Notes under the pieces: model-generated
Told to the model about the DNA's origin: nothing
Databases searched by the model: none
Seen by the model: the letters and a program-made list of their open reading frames with translations, nothing else
From: Desulfomicrobium sp.
GTDB lineage: Bacteria; Desulfobacterota; Desulfovibrionia; Desulfovibrionales; Desulfomicrobiaceae
NCBI GenBank assembly: GCA_040768745.1
Contig: JAXGMI010000001.1
Location: 1,760,001-1,824,000 of the forward strand
DNA length: 64,000 nt
Reading direction: 5' to 3'
Position numbers and translations under genes: made by a program
Shown: in pieces, positions 40,111 through 49,773 of the stretch
Layout of the letters: the number at the start of each line of letters is the position of its first letter
Numbering within the stretch: position 1 is the first letter of the stretch

Positions 40111-41670
40111 ATGGCAAGCCAAATCATCATTACTGCTTTTTTGTGCATTGGAATCGGAGCTGTGGCAGGTTTCCTGTTCAAAAAATACATCACGGACAGA
40201 GAAATCGAGGAAGCCAACAAGTTGTCTGAGCGTATTCTCGATGAAGCCAAAAAAGATGCCTTAGCGCATAAAAAGGAAATGTTGCTTCAGGCCCAGGACG
40301 AAGTTTTCGCTCTCAAGAAAGAAATGGAACAGGATGCCAAGGACCGAGAACGGGAGTTGAAGAAGAACGAGGCGAGGCTGCAGGCCAAGGAAGAACGCCT
40401 GGAAAAGAAGGTTGAGGACCTGGCCCTCAAGGAAAGCGAGCTGGTCAACCTGGAGAAGAAGGTTGTCAAGCAGGAACGGGCAGTGGAAGAAAACGAGCTG
40501 AAGCTGCAGGAGATGATCGAGGAGCAACGGATCAGGCTGGAGGAAATCTCAGGTTTGACGGCTGAGGAGGCCAGGTCCAAACTGATGCAGGAAATCGAGA
40601 GCAAGGCCAGACATGAGGCCGCCAAAATGATTCGCGTCATCGAGGTCGAGGCCCAGGAGTCCGCCCACCGGAAGGCCCAAATGATCATCGCCAGCGCGGT
40701 GCAGCGCTATGCGGGCGACTACGTATCGGAACATACGGTCAGTGCGGTGGAACTTCCGAGCGAGGACATGAAGGGCCGCATCATCGGGCGGGAAGGCCGC
40801 AATATCCGGGCCATTGAGGCCGCCACAGGCGTTGACCTCATCATTGATGACACGCCCGAGACGGTCATCCTGTCCGCTTACAACCCTCTGCGCCGAGAAG
40901 TGGCCAAGCGTTCCCTGGAGCGTCTCATCAGCGACGGCCGCATCCATCCAGCCCGGATCGAGGATATTGTGAAGAAGGTGGAAAAAGAGATGGATGTCCA
41001 GATCCGGGAAATCGGGGAACAAGCCACCTTTGATCTTGGCGTCCATGGCATCCATCCTGAAATCATCCGGCTTTTGGGGCAGCTTCGTTTCCGGACCAGC
41101 TTCACCCAGAATGTGCTGCAGCATTCCCTGGAAGTGGCGTTCCTGTGCGGGATCATGGCGGCGGAACTGGGCCTGGATGTCAAGAAGGCCAAGCGTGCCG
41201 GCTTGCTGCATGACCTGGGCAAGGCCGTGGACCACGAGGTAGAGGGCCCGCACGCCATCATCGGCGCTGACCTCGCAAAGAAATATAATGAATCCAGTGA
41301 AATAGTGCATGCCATTGCCGCGCACCACGAGGATGTCCCACCCAAATCCGTCTATGCCGTGCTGGTCCAGGCAGCGGACAGCTTGTCCGGGGCCCGGCCT
41401 GGGGCGCGCAAGGAACTTCTGGAAAGTTACGTGAAACGCCTGGAGGAGTTGGAAGGCATTGCCACAGGATTTTCCGGAGTCAGCCGGGCCTTTGCCATCC
41501 AGGCCGGCCGTGAAGTGCGGGTCATGGTGGATTGCGACGCGGTCAACGACGATCAAATCTATATGCTGAGCAAGGACATCGCCAAACAGATCGAGGAGAA
41601 GATGACCTATCCGGGACAGATCCGGGTCACGGTCATCCGCGAAAAACGGGCAGTTGGCATTGCCAAGTAA
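40111..41670 (+). CDS. rny: Ribonuclease Y
   Basis: N-terminal TM, coiled coil, KGRIIGREGRNIR KH domain, LLHDLGK HD domain. Confidence 0.97.
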   Translation: MASQIIITAFLCIGIGAVAGFLFKKYITDREIEEANKLSERILDEAKKDALAHKKEMLLQAQDEVFALKKEMEQDAKDRERELKKNEARLQAKEERLEKKVEDLALKESELVNLEKKVVKQERAVEENELKLQEMIEEQRIRLEEISGLTAEEARSKLMQEIESKARHEAAKMIRVIEVEAQESAHRKAQMIIASAVQRYAGDYVSEHTVSAVELPSEDMKGRIIGREGRNIRAIEAATGVDLIIDDTPETVILSAYNPLRREVAKRSLERLISDGRIHPARIEDIVKKVEKEMDVQIREIGEQATFDLGVHGIHPEIIRLLGQLRFRTSFTQNVLQHSLEVAFLCGIMAAELGLDVKKAKRAGLLHDLGKAVDHEVEGPHAIIGADLAKKYNESSEIVHAIAAHHEDVPPKSVYAVLVQAADSLSGARPGARKELLESYVKRLEELEGIATGFSGVSRAFAIQAGREVRVMVDCDAVNDDQIYMLSKDIAKQIEEKMTYPGQIRVTVIREKRAVGIAK

Positions 41671-41678
41671 CGCGTTCC

Positions 41679-42470
41679 ATGCGGCTTCTTTTCCTCGGTG
41701 ACATTGTTGGCCAGGGCGGACGGCAGATGGTCAGGGATCATCTGCCGCGTCTGCGTCAGGAACTCGCCCTGGATGCGGTCCTGGCCAATGTGGAAAACGC
41801 ATCGGGAGGGCTCGGGGTCTCGGCCAAGAATGCCGCAGAACTCCATTTGGCTGGCGTTGACATTATGACCTCGGGCAACCATGTCTGGAAATTTGCGGAT
41901 ATTCGGCCGGTGCTCGACGCTGAGCCATGGCTGCTTCGACCGGCCAACTATCCGGCGCCTGCCCCTGGCCGCGGAGCAGGGTTGTTCGATTTCGGCGGCG
42001 GGAGGGTCCTGATGGTCATCAACCTGCAAGGCCGGACCTTCATGGACCCCATCGACTGTCCTTTTGCGGTTGCCGAACGTCTCGTCAGGGAAGCGCCGGA
42101 CCATGCCAATATCGTTGTGGATTTTCATGCCGAGGCAACCTCCGAGAAGCGCGCTCTGGCACACATGCTGCGAGAAAAGGTGCAGGCCGTGGTGGGAACT
42201 CACACGCATGTGCAGACCAATGACGCCTGTATCCTGGACAGGAGGACAGGCTTCATGACCGACCTGGGCATGTGCGGCCCGGTGGACTCCTGCCTGGGCA
42301 TGGACAGTGAGATCATTGTCCGCAAGTTCAGGACCGGGCAGCCTCAGCGGTTCGAGCTTGCCAAGGGCCCATGCGCGTTGAATGGCGCATTGATAGAATT
42401 GGAAGAGGGAAGATGCCGAAGCATCTCGGCATGGACGTATGCAGTCTCAAATGAACAGGAAGGGTCATGA
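41679..42470 (+). CDS. ymdB: YmdB/TIGR00282 metallophosphoesterase
   Basis: [33 protein letters not shown]. Confidence 0.92.
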   Translation: MRLLFLGDIVGQGGRQMVRDHLPRLRQELALDAVLANVENASGGLGVSAKNAAELHLAGVDIMTSGNHVWKFADIRPVLDAEPWLLRPANYPAPAPGRGAGLFDFGGGRVLMVINLQGRTFMDPIDCPFAVAERLVREAPDHANIVVDFHAEATSEKRALAHMLREKVQAVVGTHTHVQTNDACILDRRTGFMTDLGMCGPVDSCLGMDSEIIVRKFRTGQPQRFELAKGPCALNGALIELEEGRCRSISAWTYAVSNEQEGS

Positions 42471-43663
42471 CAGATACAGAGTTGTCTCGTCAGCTTGCGC
42501 AGATCCGGCGGGGGAGTGTCGAAATCATCAATGAAGAGGAGCTCATTGCCAAGCTGCGCAAGGGAGTGCCACTTCGGGTCAAGGCCGGGTTTGATCCGAC
42601 TGCCCCGGATTTGCACCTGGGGCACACCGTGCTCATCCAGAAGCTCAAGCATTTCCAGGAGCTCGGGCACCAGGTCATTTTTCTCATCGGAGATTTTACC
42701 GGGATGATCGGCGATCCGTCCGGGAAATCAGAAACCCGCAAAAAACTGACCCGCGAAGAAGTGCTGCGCAACGCCGAAACCTACAAGCGGCAGATATTCA
42801 AGATCCTGGACCCAGTCAGGACTGAAATCGCATTCAATTCCAGGTGGATGGATTCTTTCAAGGCTTCGGATTTCATTGAATTGTGCTCATGCTATACGGT
42901 GGCCCGCATGCTTGAGCGGGATGACTTCGAGAAGCGCTTTAAAGGCAACCAGCCCATTTCCATCCATGAATTTCTCTACCCCCTGGTGCAGGGTTACGAT
43001 TCAGTGGCCCTGAAGGCGGATGTGGAGCTTGGCGGAACAGACCAGAAATTCAATCTGCTCATGGGCCGTCATCTGCAACGTGAGCATGGCCAGGCGTCGC
43101 AGATAGTGCTGACCGTGCCCATTCTTGAAGGACTGGACGGGGTGCAGAAGATGAGCAAATCCCTGGGCAACTACATCGGCATCGACGAAGTCCCGGCAGA
43201 CATGTTTGGCAAGCTCATGTCCATTTCCGACGAGCTCATGTGGCGCTACTATGAACTGCTCTCCGACAGGACCCTGGAACAGATCCGCGTCCTGCAGGAG
43301 CAGGTCGGTTGCGGGGACCTGCATCCGAAAACGGCCAAGGAGGATCTGGCCCAGGAGATAACGTCCCGTTTCCATGGGCAGGCCGCAGGGCAGGCCGCGC
43401 GGGGAGGCTTCAATGCTGTTTTCGCCCAGCAAGGGGTGCCCGAGGACGTACAGGTATTCAACGCCCCGGCCGGGACTCTGCTTGTCGACGTGCTGAGCGA
43501 AAGCTGCCTCTGCCCTTCCAAGGGCGATGCCAAGCGCATGTGCAAGCAGCAGGCCGTGACCATCGATGGCCGCAAGGAGGAGGATTTCTCCTTCGCCTTC
43601 GTCCCGGGCGAATACGTTCTGAAAATCGGCAAAAAGCGCTTCCTGCGCGTCGTGGTATCCTAG
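42467..43663 (+). CDS. tyrS: Tyrosine-tRNA ligase
   Basis: [28 protein letters not shown]4 tail. Confidence 0.97.
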   Translation: MTDTELSRQLAQIRRGSVEIINEEELIAKLRKGVPLRVKAGFDPTAPDLHLGHTVLIQKLKHFQELGHQVIFLIGDFTGMIGDPSGKSETRKKLTREEVLRNAETYKRQIFKILDPVRTEIAFNSRWMDSFKASDFIELCSCYTVARMLERDDFEKRFKGNQPISIHEFLYPLVQGYDSVALKADVELGGTDQKFNLLMGRHLQREHGQASQIVLTVPILEGLDGVQKMSKSLGNYIGIDEVPADMFGKLMSISDELMWRYYELLSDRTLEQIRVLQEQVGCGDLHPKTAKEDLAQEITSRFHGQAAGQAARGGFNAVFAQQGVPEDVQVFNAPAGTLLVDVLSESCLCPSKGDAKRMCKQQAVTIDGRKEEDFSFAFVPGEYVLKIGKKRFLRVVVS

Positions 43664-43676
43664 GGCGGGTGGGGTT

Positions 43677-44540
43677 ATGTTTGGGCTTTGGCGAAAAATT
43701 GTTCTACTGGCCCGCATGGTCAAGATCGAGCACTCGGTTTTTGCGTTGCCGTTTGCCTACCTCGGCATGCTCTGGTCCGCGGGAGGCTGGCCTGGCTGGA
43801 GGGTCTTCCTGGCCCTGACTCTGGCCATGGTCGCGGTGCGCTCCTTCGCCATGGCTGTGAATCGGCTGGCCGATCTGTTCATCGACGTCAAAAACCCCCG
43901 CACCCGGACCAGGCCGCTTGTCACCGGGGAACTGTCTCCAGGCGAAACCAGGGTCTTCGTCGCCGTGTGCGCACTGGTCTTTGTCGGGGCGTGCTGGCTG
44001 CTCAATCCACTCTGCCTGGCCCTGTCCCCGGTGGCTCTGGTTTGGTCTGCACTGTACAGCTTCACCAAGCGGTTCACCCCACTATGTCATTTTTTTCTGG
44101 GATCTGTCCTTGGACTTGCGCCCCTGGCCGGGTGGCTGGCCGTTAATCCGTCAATCGCCGTCACGCCTGTGCTCCTGGGAGTGGGGGTGACCTTCTGGGT
44201 GGGTGGGTTCGACATCCTGTACGCCTGTCAGGATGTCGACTTCGATCGGCAGGAAGGTTTGCACTCCCTGCCCGCCTATCTGGGCGTGCCAACGGCCCTG
44301 GCCATCTCGACCTTTGCCCACGTCGTGACCAGTATTTTTTTTGTTCTGGCCGGGTGGACAGGTGGGGCGGGTCTCGTGTTCACGGCATTCTGTATGGGGG
44401 TGGCGGCCATTCTGATTTTTGAGCACCGCTTGATATCTCCACAGGACATGAGCCGAGTCAATCTGGCCTTCTTTACCCTGAACGGATTTGTGGCAGTGTT
44501 GTTGTTTGTGGGCGCCGTTGCCGATACGGCGCTGCGTTAA
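43677..44540 (+). CDS. UbiA-family prenyltransferase (MqnP-like, menaquinone)
   Basis: KIEHSVFALPFA, N.LAD..D..NPRT..RP, YS.TKR, FDILYACQD..FD. Confidence 0.88.
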   Translation: MFGLWRKIVLLARMVKIEHSVFALPFAYLGMLWSAGGWPGWRVFLALTLAMVAVRSFAMAVNRLADLFIDVKNPRTRTRPLVTGELSPGETRVFVAVCALVFVGACWLLNPLCLALSPVALVWSALYSFTKRFTPLCHFFLGSVLGLAPLAGWLAVNPSIAVTPVLLGVGVTFWVGGFDILYACQDVDFDRQEGLHSLPAYLGVPTALAISTFAHVVTSIFFVLAGWTGGAGLVFTAFCMGVAAILIFEHRLISPQDMSRVNLAFFTLNGFVAVLLFVGAVADTALR

Positions 44541-44561
44541 CGTAAACCGAGGAGTTCGGCC

Positions 44562-46016
44562 ATGCGCGAAGCCGATATATTCCCTGCCTACCGCGGGGAA
44601 ATGGAATATGTCTGTCTGGGTTGCCAGGCCAGGTATCCCATCGACGAACTGCATTACACATGTCCCAGCTGCAGAGGCGTGTTTCTGCTGGAAGACAAGC
44701 AGTCTGGGGAATTGGGTCGGACCAGCGGCCAGGGGTGGCGAAATATTTTTGATCTGCGGGCTGGGACCAAGAATCCTACCCTGCGCGGAATTTTTCGTTT
44801 TTATGAGCTGATGGCACCGGTCTTGGCCGAGGACGCCATCGTCTATCTGGGGGAGGGAAACACGCCCATCACCCGGTCCTCAACCGCTTTGGAACGGCTG
44901 GTCGGACAGCCCATGGCCTTCAAGAATGACGGCCAGAATCCCTCGGCATCATTCAAGGACCGGGGCATGGCCTGTGCGTTTTCGTATTTGAAGCATCTGG
45001 TGGCCAAGCACGAATGGGAGCACGTCATCACCATCTGCGCCTCCACAGGGGACACCTCGGCCGCAGCGGCCCTCTACGCCGCCTATGTTGGCGATCCGCT
45101 GAAGTCGGTTGTCCTTCTTCCCCAGGGCAAAGTCACGGCCCAGCAACTCTCTCAGCCCCTGGGGAGCGGCGCACGGGTACTGGAGATTCCGGGCGTTTTT
45201 GACGATTGCATGAAAGTGGTGGAGCACCTCGCCGATCACTACCGCGTGGCGCTGTTGAACTCCAAGAATGCCTGGCGGATTCTGGGACAGGAGAGCTACG
45301 CCTTTGAGGTGGCGCAATGGTATGACTGGGACATGTCCGGCAAGGTTGTGTTCGTCCCCATCGGAAACGCAGGCAACATCACGGCCATCATGAGCGGTTT
45401 TCTGAAACTGTTGCGCTTGAATATCATTGACCGTTTGCCGCGCATTATCGGAGTGCAGTCCGAACACGCCGATCCGGTCTTCCGCTATTATGCCCAGGAC
45501 AAAGATGCGCGCCGGTATGAAGCGGTGGCGGTCCGTCCGTCCGTGGCCCAGGCGGCCATGATCGGCAACCCCGTGTCGTTTCCCCGGGTAGCGTATCTGG
45601 CGGAGCAGTACGAGGCCCTGGGTGGATTCGGGTCCTTCCATGTGGTGCAGGTCAGCGAGCAGGGCATTATCGAGTCCATGCTCCTGGCCAACAGGCATGG
45701 ACACATTGCCTGTACCCAGGGCGGAGAGTGCCTGGCCGGGTTGTTCAAGGCCAAAGAGATGGGCCTGATGGATGCGAAGGAACTGGCCATTCTGGATGCC
45801 ACGGCCCATGCCCTCAAGTTCGCCGGTTTTCAGGACATGTATTTTCGCAATGCGTTTCCGGCCGAGTACGGGATTGTTCCAGACCAGGCTCTGGCCAACG
45901 TGCCCAGACTGGTCATCGCCCAGGACGCCAGGGCTACGCTGAGCGAGTCCGCATTCACGGTGCAAGCGGCGGAAAATGTGGTCGGGATTCTCGGATTGGA
46001 CAAAAAGATCGCGTGA
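44562..46016 (+). CDS. thrC: Threonine synthase
   Basis: LGEGNTP, NPSASFKDRGM PLP Lys, CASTGDTS, PIGNAGN. Confidence 0.93.
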   Translation: MREADIFPAYRGEMEYVCLGCQARYPIDELHYTCPSCRGVFLLEDKQSGELGRTSGQGWRNIFDLRAGTKNPTLRGIFRFYELMAPVLAEDAIVYLGEGNTPITRSSTALERLVGQPMAFKNDGQNPSASFKDRGMACAFSYLKHLVAKHEWEHVITICASTGDTSAAAALYAAYVGDPLKSVVLLPQGKVTAQQLSQPLGSGARVLEIPGVFDDCMKVVEHLADHYRVALLNSKNAWRILGQESYAFEVAQWYDWDMSGKVVFVPIGNAGNITAIMSGFLKLLRLNIIDRLPRIIGVQSEHADPVFRYYAQDKDARRYEAVAVRPSVAQAAMIGNPVSFPRVAYLAEQYEALGGFGSFHVVQVSEQGIIESMLLANRHGHIACTQGGECLAGLFKAKEMGLMDAKELAILDATAHALKFAGFQDMYFRNAFPAEYGIVPDQALANVPRLVIAQDARATLSESAFTVQAAENVVGILGLDKKIA

Positions 46017-46040
46017 TCTGTGCGTGGTGGGATTCGTTTT

Positions 46041-46068
46041 GGCCAGGCTGCTGCCTGGCCTTTTTTTT
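46041..46068 (+). terminator. Intrinsic terminator after thrC
   Basis: GGCCAGGC-TGCT-GCCTGGCC followed by T8. Confidence 0.88.
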
Positions 46069-46091
46069 GCCCGCGGGCGGGGGGTGAGTGT

Positions 46092-46910
46092 TCAGATCAA
46101 GGGTCCGACGTGCCGTCCGATAATGGCTATGCCATGGCGGTCGGCAAAATCCACTGCCTTCTGCCGCTCAAAGAAGAGGGTCTGACCGGCCTCGATGGCC
46201 AAGACCCCTGCCCCGACCTCCGCCATGGTCTGAACTGTCTCCAGACCCACTGCAGGCAGGTCCAGGCGCCTGTCCTGGCCCGCCTTCGGACGCTTGACGA
46301 CCACGGCCCCAGGCCCGCCCAGGGTTCCCCCGCGGCGGATGGTGGCGTCGGTCCCTTCGATGGCCTCCACGGCCAGGACGATCCCTTCGCGGATGACGAG
46401 GCACTGTCCGATATCGAGGGATCCAAGCTGTTCGGCCACGGACCATCCCAGATCAATGTCCTGCTGTTCCCGCTTGTCTGGGGGACGTCTGGTGAGCAGC
46501 CCTGCCGGAGTGTGCATGTCCGGGGAGAAATGGTGAGGCCCCACAAGGAGCATGCCTTCCTTTTCCAGCTCCGCACCCACGGCCCGCAACAGTGCGTCGT
46601 CCCCGCGCGTACGCAGGGACAAAAGCAGCCGGGCGGCCCGCCAGTCCGGACGCAGGTCCAGGGCGCGTGGCTTGTTGATGGGGCCGGCCATGACTACATG
46701 CGTGACCCCGTGCTGGGTGAAAAAATCGACAAGCCGGCCCAGTTGTCCAAGTTTGAGCCAAATGAATTCGTCGCAATGATTGGGAAAGGAGGGGTCGGTG
46801 TCCGGTGCAAACCCGACACCGACGATCCGGGAGCCGAGACTGCGCGCATTGTCCGCGACAGTGGTGGGCAAAGAACCCCCGCCGGCAATGATGCCCAGAA
46901 CCGTGGCCAT
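46092..46910 (-). CDS. lpxI: UDP-2,3-diacylglucosamine pyrophosphatase LpxI
   Basis: GIIAGGG.LP, GDDALL, DIGQ, AVEAIEGTD, QD.R.DLP.VG. Confidence 0.92.
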   Translation of the reverse strand: MATVLGIIAGGGSLPTTVADNARSLGSRIVGVGFAPDTDPSFPNHCDEFIWLKLGQLGRLVDFFTQHGVTHVVMAGPINKPRALDLRPDWRAARLLLSLRTRGDDALLRAVGAELEKEGMLLVGPHHFSPDMHTPAGLLTRRPPDKREQQDIDLGWSVAEQLGSLDIGQCLVIREGIVLAVEAIEGTDATIRRGGTLGGPGAVVVKRPKAGQDRRLDLPAVGLETVQTMAEVGAGVLAIEAGQTLFFERQKAVDFADRHGIAIIGRHVGPLI

Positions 46911-46917
46911 GTTCCGG

Positions 46918-47709
46918 TCAGATGCGCTCAGGCGTGATGGTGCCCCGCTTGCTCGACCGGATGAAATCGAGCAGCTTGATGACCTGCGGAAAATGCCCAA
47001 GTTCAGTCTCCGCCTGCTGCATGACCTCGTTGCGTTCCTGGTTGGATCGCCAGATCAGTTTGTACGCAGATTTCAGGGCGTGGATCTCCTCGGAGGAAAA
47101 ACCATGACGGCGCAGGCCAATGAGGTTCAGGCCGCGCAGGGTGGCCCGCTCGCCCACGGCCAGCATGTAGGGCGGGACGTCCTGTGCCACACCGGTTTTG
47201 CCGCCGATAAAGGCGAAATCGCCGATGTTCACGAACTGGTGCACTGCAGACAGCCCTCCGACCACGACCTCACTCCCCACGACAACATGTCCGGCCAGGG
47301 TGGCGGCGTTGGCCAGGACATTGTTGTTTCCCACGATGCAGTCATGGGCGATGTGGGAATAGGCCATCATCAGGTTGTCCGAGCCGACGCGGGTAACGCC
47401 GCCTCCACCTTCAGTGCCGCGATGGATGGTCGAAAATTCCCGGATCCTGTTGCGCTCCCCGATTTCGAGCCTGGTTTCCTCGCCATGGAATTTCAGATCC
47501 TGGGGCTCTCCGCCGACACAGGCCATGGAGTGCACATGGTTTTCCGCACCGAGGGAGGTGAACCGCTTGATCTGGGCGGCGGCGTCAACCACGCAACCGT
47601 CACCGATGCGTACGTCCTCCTCGATGATGACGTAGGGTCCGACCTGGACGCCGACTCCGAGGGATGCCTTGGGATGAACAACGGCAGTGGGATGGATGGT
47701 TGTCTGCAT
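46918..47709 (-). CDS. lpxA: UDP-GlcNAc acyltransferase
   Basis: IHPTA, PQDLKF, IRE..TIHRGT, HIAHDC, LAGHV. Confidence 0.97.
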   Translation of the reverse strand: MQTTIHPTAVVHPKASLGVGVQVGPYVIIEEDVRIGDGCVVDAAAQIKRFTSLGAENHVHSMACVGGEPQDLKFHGEETRLEIGERNRIREFSTIHRGTEGGGGVTRVGSDNLMMAYSHIAHDCIVGNNNVLANAATLAGHVVVGSEVVVGGLSAVHQFVNIGDFAFIGGKTGVAQDVPPYMLAVGERATLRGLNLIGLRRHGFSSEEIHALKSAYKLIWRSNQERNEVMQQAETELGHFPQVIKLLDFIRSSKRGTITPERI

Positions 47710-48176
47710 CAGTCCTCCCGTGGCACGACTGAAGCGGTGAGAATGCCTTCGGCCACGACCTTGCCATCAACCATGGCCTTGCCGTTGGTCTTCCACATCA
47801 TCATTTTATGGCGTTCGTAGGTGACATGCAGGTGGAGCTGATCCCCCGGGAACACCGGACGCCTGAAGCGGACCTTTTCCATGCCCGTGAACAGGAATAT
47901 CCTGCCCACGGTGTCCTCGGGAGGCAAACTTTTGATGACCATGATCCCGCCTGCCTGAGCCAGGGCCTCCAGGATGAGCACTCCGGGCATGACCGGATAG
48001 GAGGGGAAGTGGCCCTGGAAAAAGGGTTCATTGATGGAGACGCTTTTGATGGCGTGGATGGATTTCATGGGTTCGAACGAGAGAACCCTGTCCACCAGGA
48101 GGAAGGGATAGCGGTGTGGGAGCAGGTCCAGGATGTCCCGGCTGACTATTTCACCGGATTCAGGTTTGGTGAGCAT
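47709..48176 (-). CDS. fabZ: 3-hydroxyacyl-ACP dehydratase
   Basis: LPHRYPFLLVDR, NEPFFQGHFP, PGVLILEA.AQ; GAGGA RBS. Confidence 0.97.
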   Translation of the reverse strand: MLTKPESGEIVSRDILDLLPHRYPFLLVDRVLSFEPMKSIHAIKSVSINEPFFQGHFPSYPVMPGVLILEALAQAGGIMVIKSLPPEDTVGRIFLFTGMEKVRFRRPVFPGDQLHLHVTYERHKMMMWKTNGKAMVDGKVVAEGILTASVVPRED

Positions 48177-48183
48177 AGCTTCC

Positions 48184-49209
48184 TCATTTGTTGGCAAGTT
48201 CTTCCCGCAGGGAGGCCAGTTCCTTTTCCAGTTTGGAGAGGCGACGCTTCATTTCCGGCAGCTTGGGCATGATGGTCGATGCCCGCAGGTAGGTTCCGTG
48301 GGGCATGGCTGGAATCCCGCTCATATCCTGCTTTGGCGGCACGTCCTGACCCACTCCGGATTTGGCGCCGATGCGGCATCCGTCACCCAGGTGGATGTGA
48401 CCGGCGATGCCGGCCTGGCCAGCCAGGATGACGCCATCGCCCAAACTCGACGAACCGGCGATGCCGACCTGGGCCACCAGGATGCAGTTGCGTCCGACCC
48501 GGACATTGTGTCCGAGCTGGACCAGGTTGTCGATCTTCGTGCCCTGCCCAACCCGTGTTTCCCCGAGAGCCGCGCGATCGATGGTCGTATTGGCCCCGAC
48601 CTCCACGTCATCCTCGATGACGGTGCGCCCGATCTGGGGAAATTTCAGCATTCCTCCCGCGGCCTGGGCGAAACCGAACCCGTCGCTGCCCAGCACCACG
48701 CCGGCATGCAGGATGACCCTTTGCCCGATGCGGACTCCTGCCATGAGGGTGCAATTGGGGTAGATGACGGCGTCATCGCCGATGAGACAATCTTCGCCCA
48801 CGTAGGTGCCGCTGAAGATCTGCACGTTCTTGCCGACGATGGCGCCCGGGCCGATATAGACAAAGGGATAGATCGTGGCAGTGGGATCGATCCTGGCCTC
48901 GGGATGGACAAAGGCCATCTCGCTCACCCCGCTGAAGCTGCCCTGGGCCTTGGCAAAAAGCTGCACGCAGCGGGCAAAGTCCAGATAGGGGTTCGGGCTG
49001 ATCAGGCATGATCTGTCCGCTGGCGCCTGCTCCTCGGACACGACCAGAGCGCCGGCCCTGGTCGTCGCCAGCTGGGCCGCGTACTTGGGGTTGGCCAGAA
49101 AGGACAACTCCGACGGCGCTGCCTCGGCCAGGGTGTTCACACCCGTGATTTCCTGATCCGCACCGCGCTGGGGCAGATTCAGCTGGGTTGCGATTTCGGA
49201 AAGAAGCAT
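48184..49209 (-). CDS. lpxD: UDP-3-O-acyl-glucosamine N-acyltransferase
   Basis: SFLANPKY, GSDGFG, GANTTIDR, KIDNLVQ.GHN. Confidence 0.97.
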   Translation of the reverse strand: MLLSEIATQLNLPQRGADQEITGVNTLAEAAPSELSFLANPKYAAQLATTRAGALVVSEEQAPADRSCLISPNPYLDFARCVQLFAKAQGSFSGVSEMAFVHPEARIDPTATIYPFVYIGPGAIVGKNVQIFSGTYVGEDCLIGDDAVIYPNCTLMAGVRIGQRVILHAGVVLGSDGFGFAQAAGGMLKFPQIGRTVIEDDVEVGANTTIDRAALGETRVGQGTKIDNLVQLGHNVRVGRNCILVAQVGIAGSSSLGDGVILAGQAGIAGHIHLGDGCRIGAKSGVGQDVPPKQDMSGIPAMPHGTYLRASTIMPKLPEMKRRLSKLEKELASLREELANK

Positions 49210-49220
49210 CGGAGGTCCTG

Positions 49221-49736
49221 CTATTTGCCGCGCATGGCCTTGTTCAGTTCGGCGATAATGGCGTTGGTGATGTCCGCACCATCCTGGTGGAACACAGTGC
49301 CGCTGGCCTGCTTGTCGAAGATGGCGGTATACCCGTTTTGGTTCCCGTAGTTCTGGACCACTTCAATGAGCTTTTCGATGATGGGCTTGGACAGGTTCTG
49401 CTCAGCCTGCTGCAGTTTGCGCTGGTAGTTCTGGCCCATGTCCTGGAAATCCCGGACCTTGCGCTTGTACTGGGCCTCCTTGTCCAGTTTGGCCTCCTGG
49501 CTGAGCATCATGGACTGTTTCTGCAGTTCGTCTTTCAGGGTGTCCAGGGACTTTTTCTGGGCATCCAGATTGTCCTTCATGTCCTTGAACTGCGTCTTGA
49601 GCTGTTCCATGGCCTTGCTGCCCGGTTCGGACTTGGCGATGACCGCCTTCATGTCCACGAAGCCGAGCTTGGTTTCGGCGGAGGCCGTCAGGCTGCAGCA
49701 CAGAATGCAAAGGATCGCAATGATGATTGAACGCAT
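49221..49736 (-). CDS. skp: OmpH/Skp chaperone
   Basis: Signal peptide, KLGFVD, coiled coil, DIT.AII. Confidence 0.9.
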   Translation of the reverse strand: MRSIIIAILCILCCSLTASAETKLGFVDMKAVIAKSEPGSKAMEQLKTQFKDMKDNLDAQKKSLDTLKDELQKQSMMLSQEAKLDKEAQYKRKVRDFQDMGQNYQRKLQQAEQNLSKPIIEKLIEVVQNYGNQNGYTAIFDKQASGTVFHQDGADITNAIIAELNKAMRGK

Positions 49737-49773
49737 GAAAATCTCCTTACCTTATATTTTTGTGTGTTCGATT

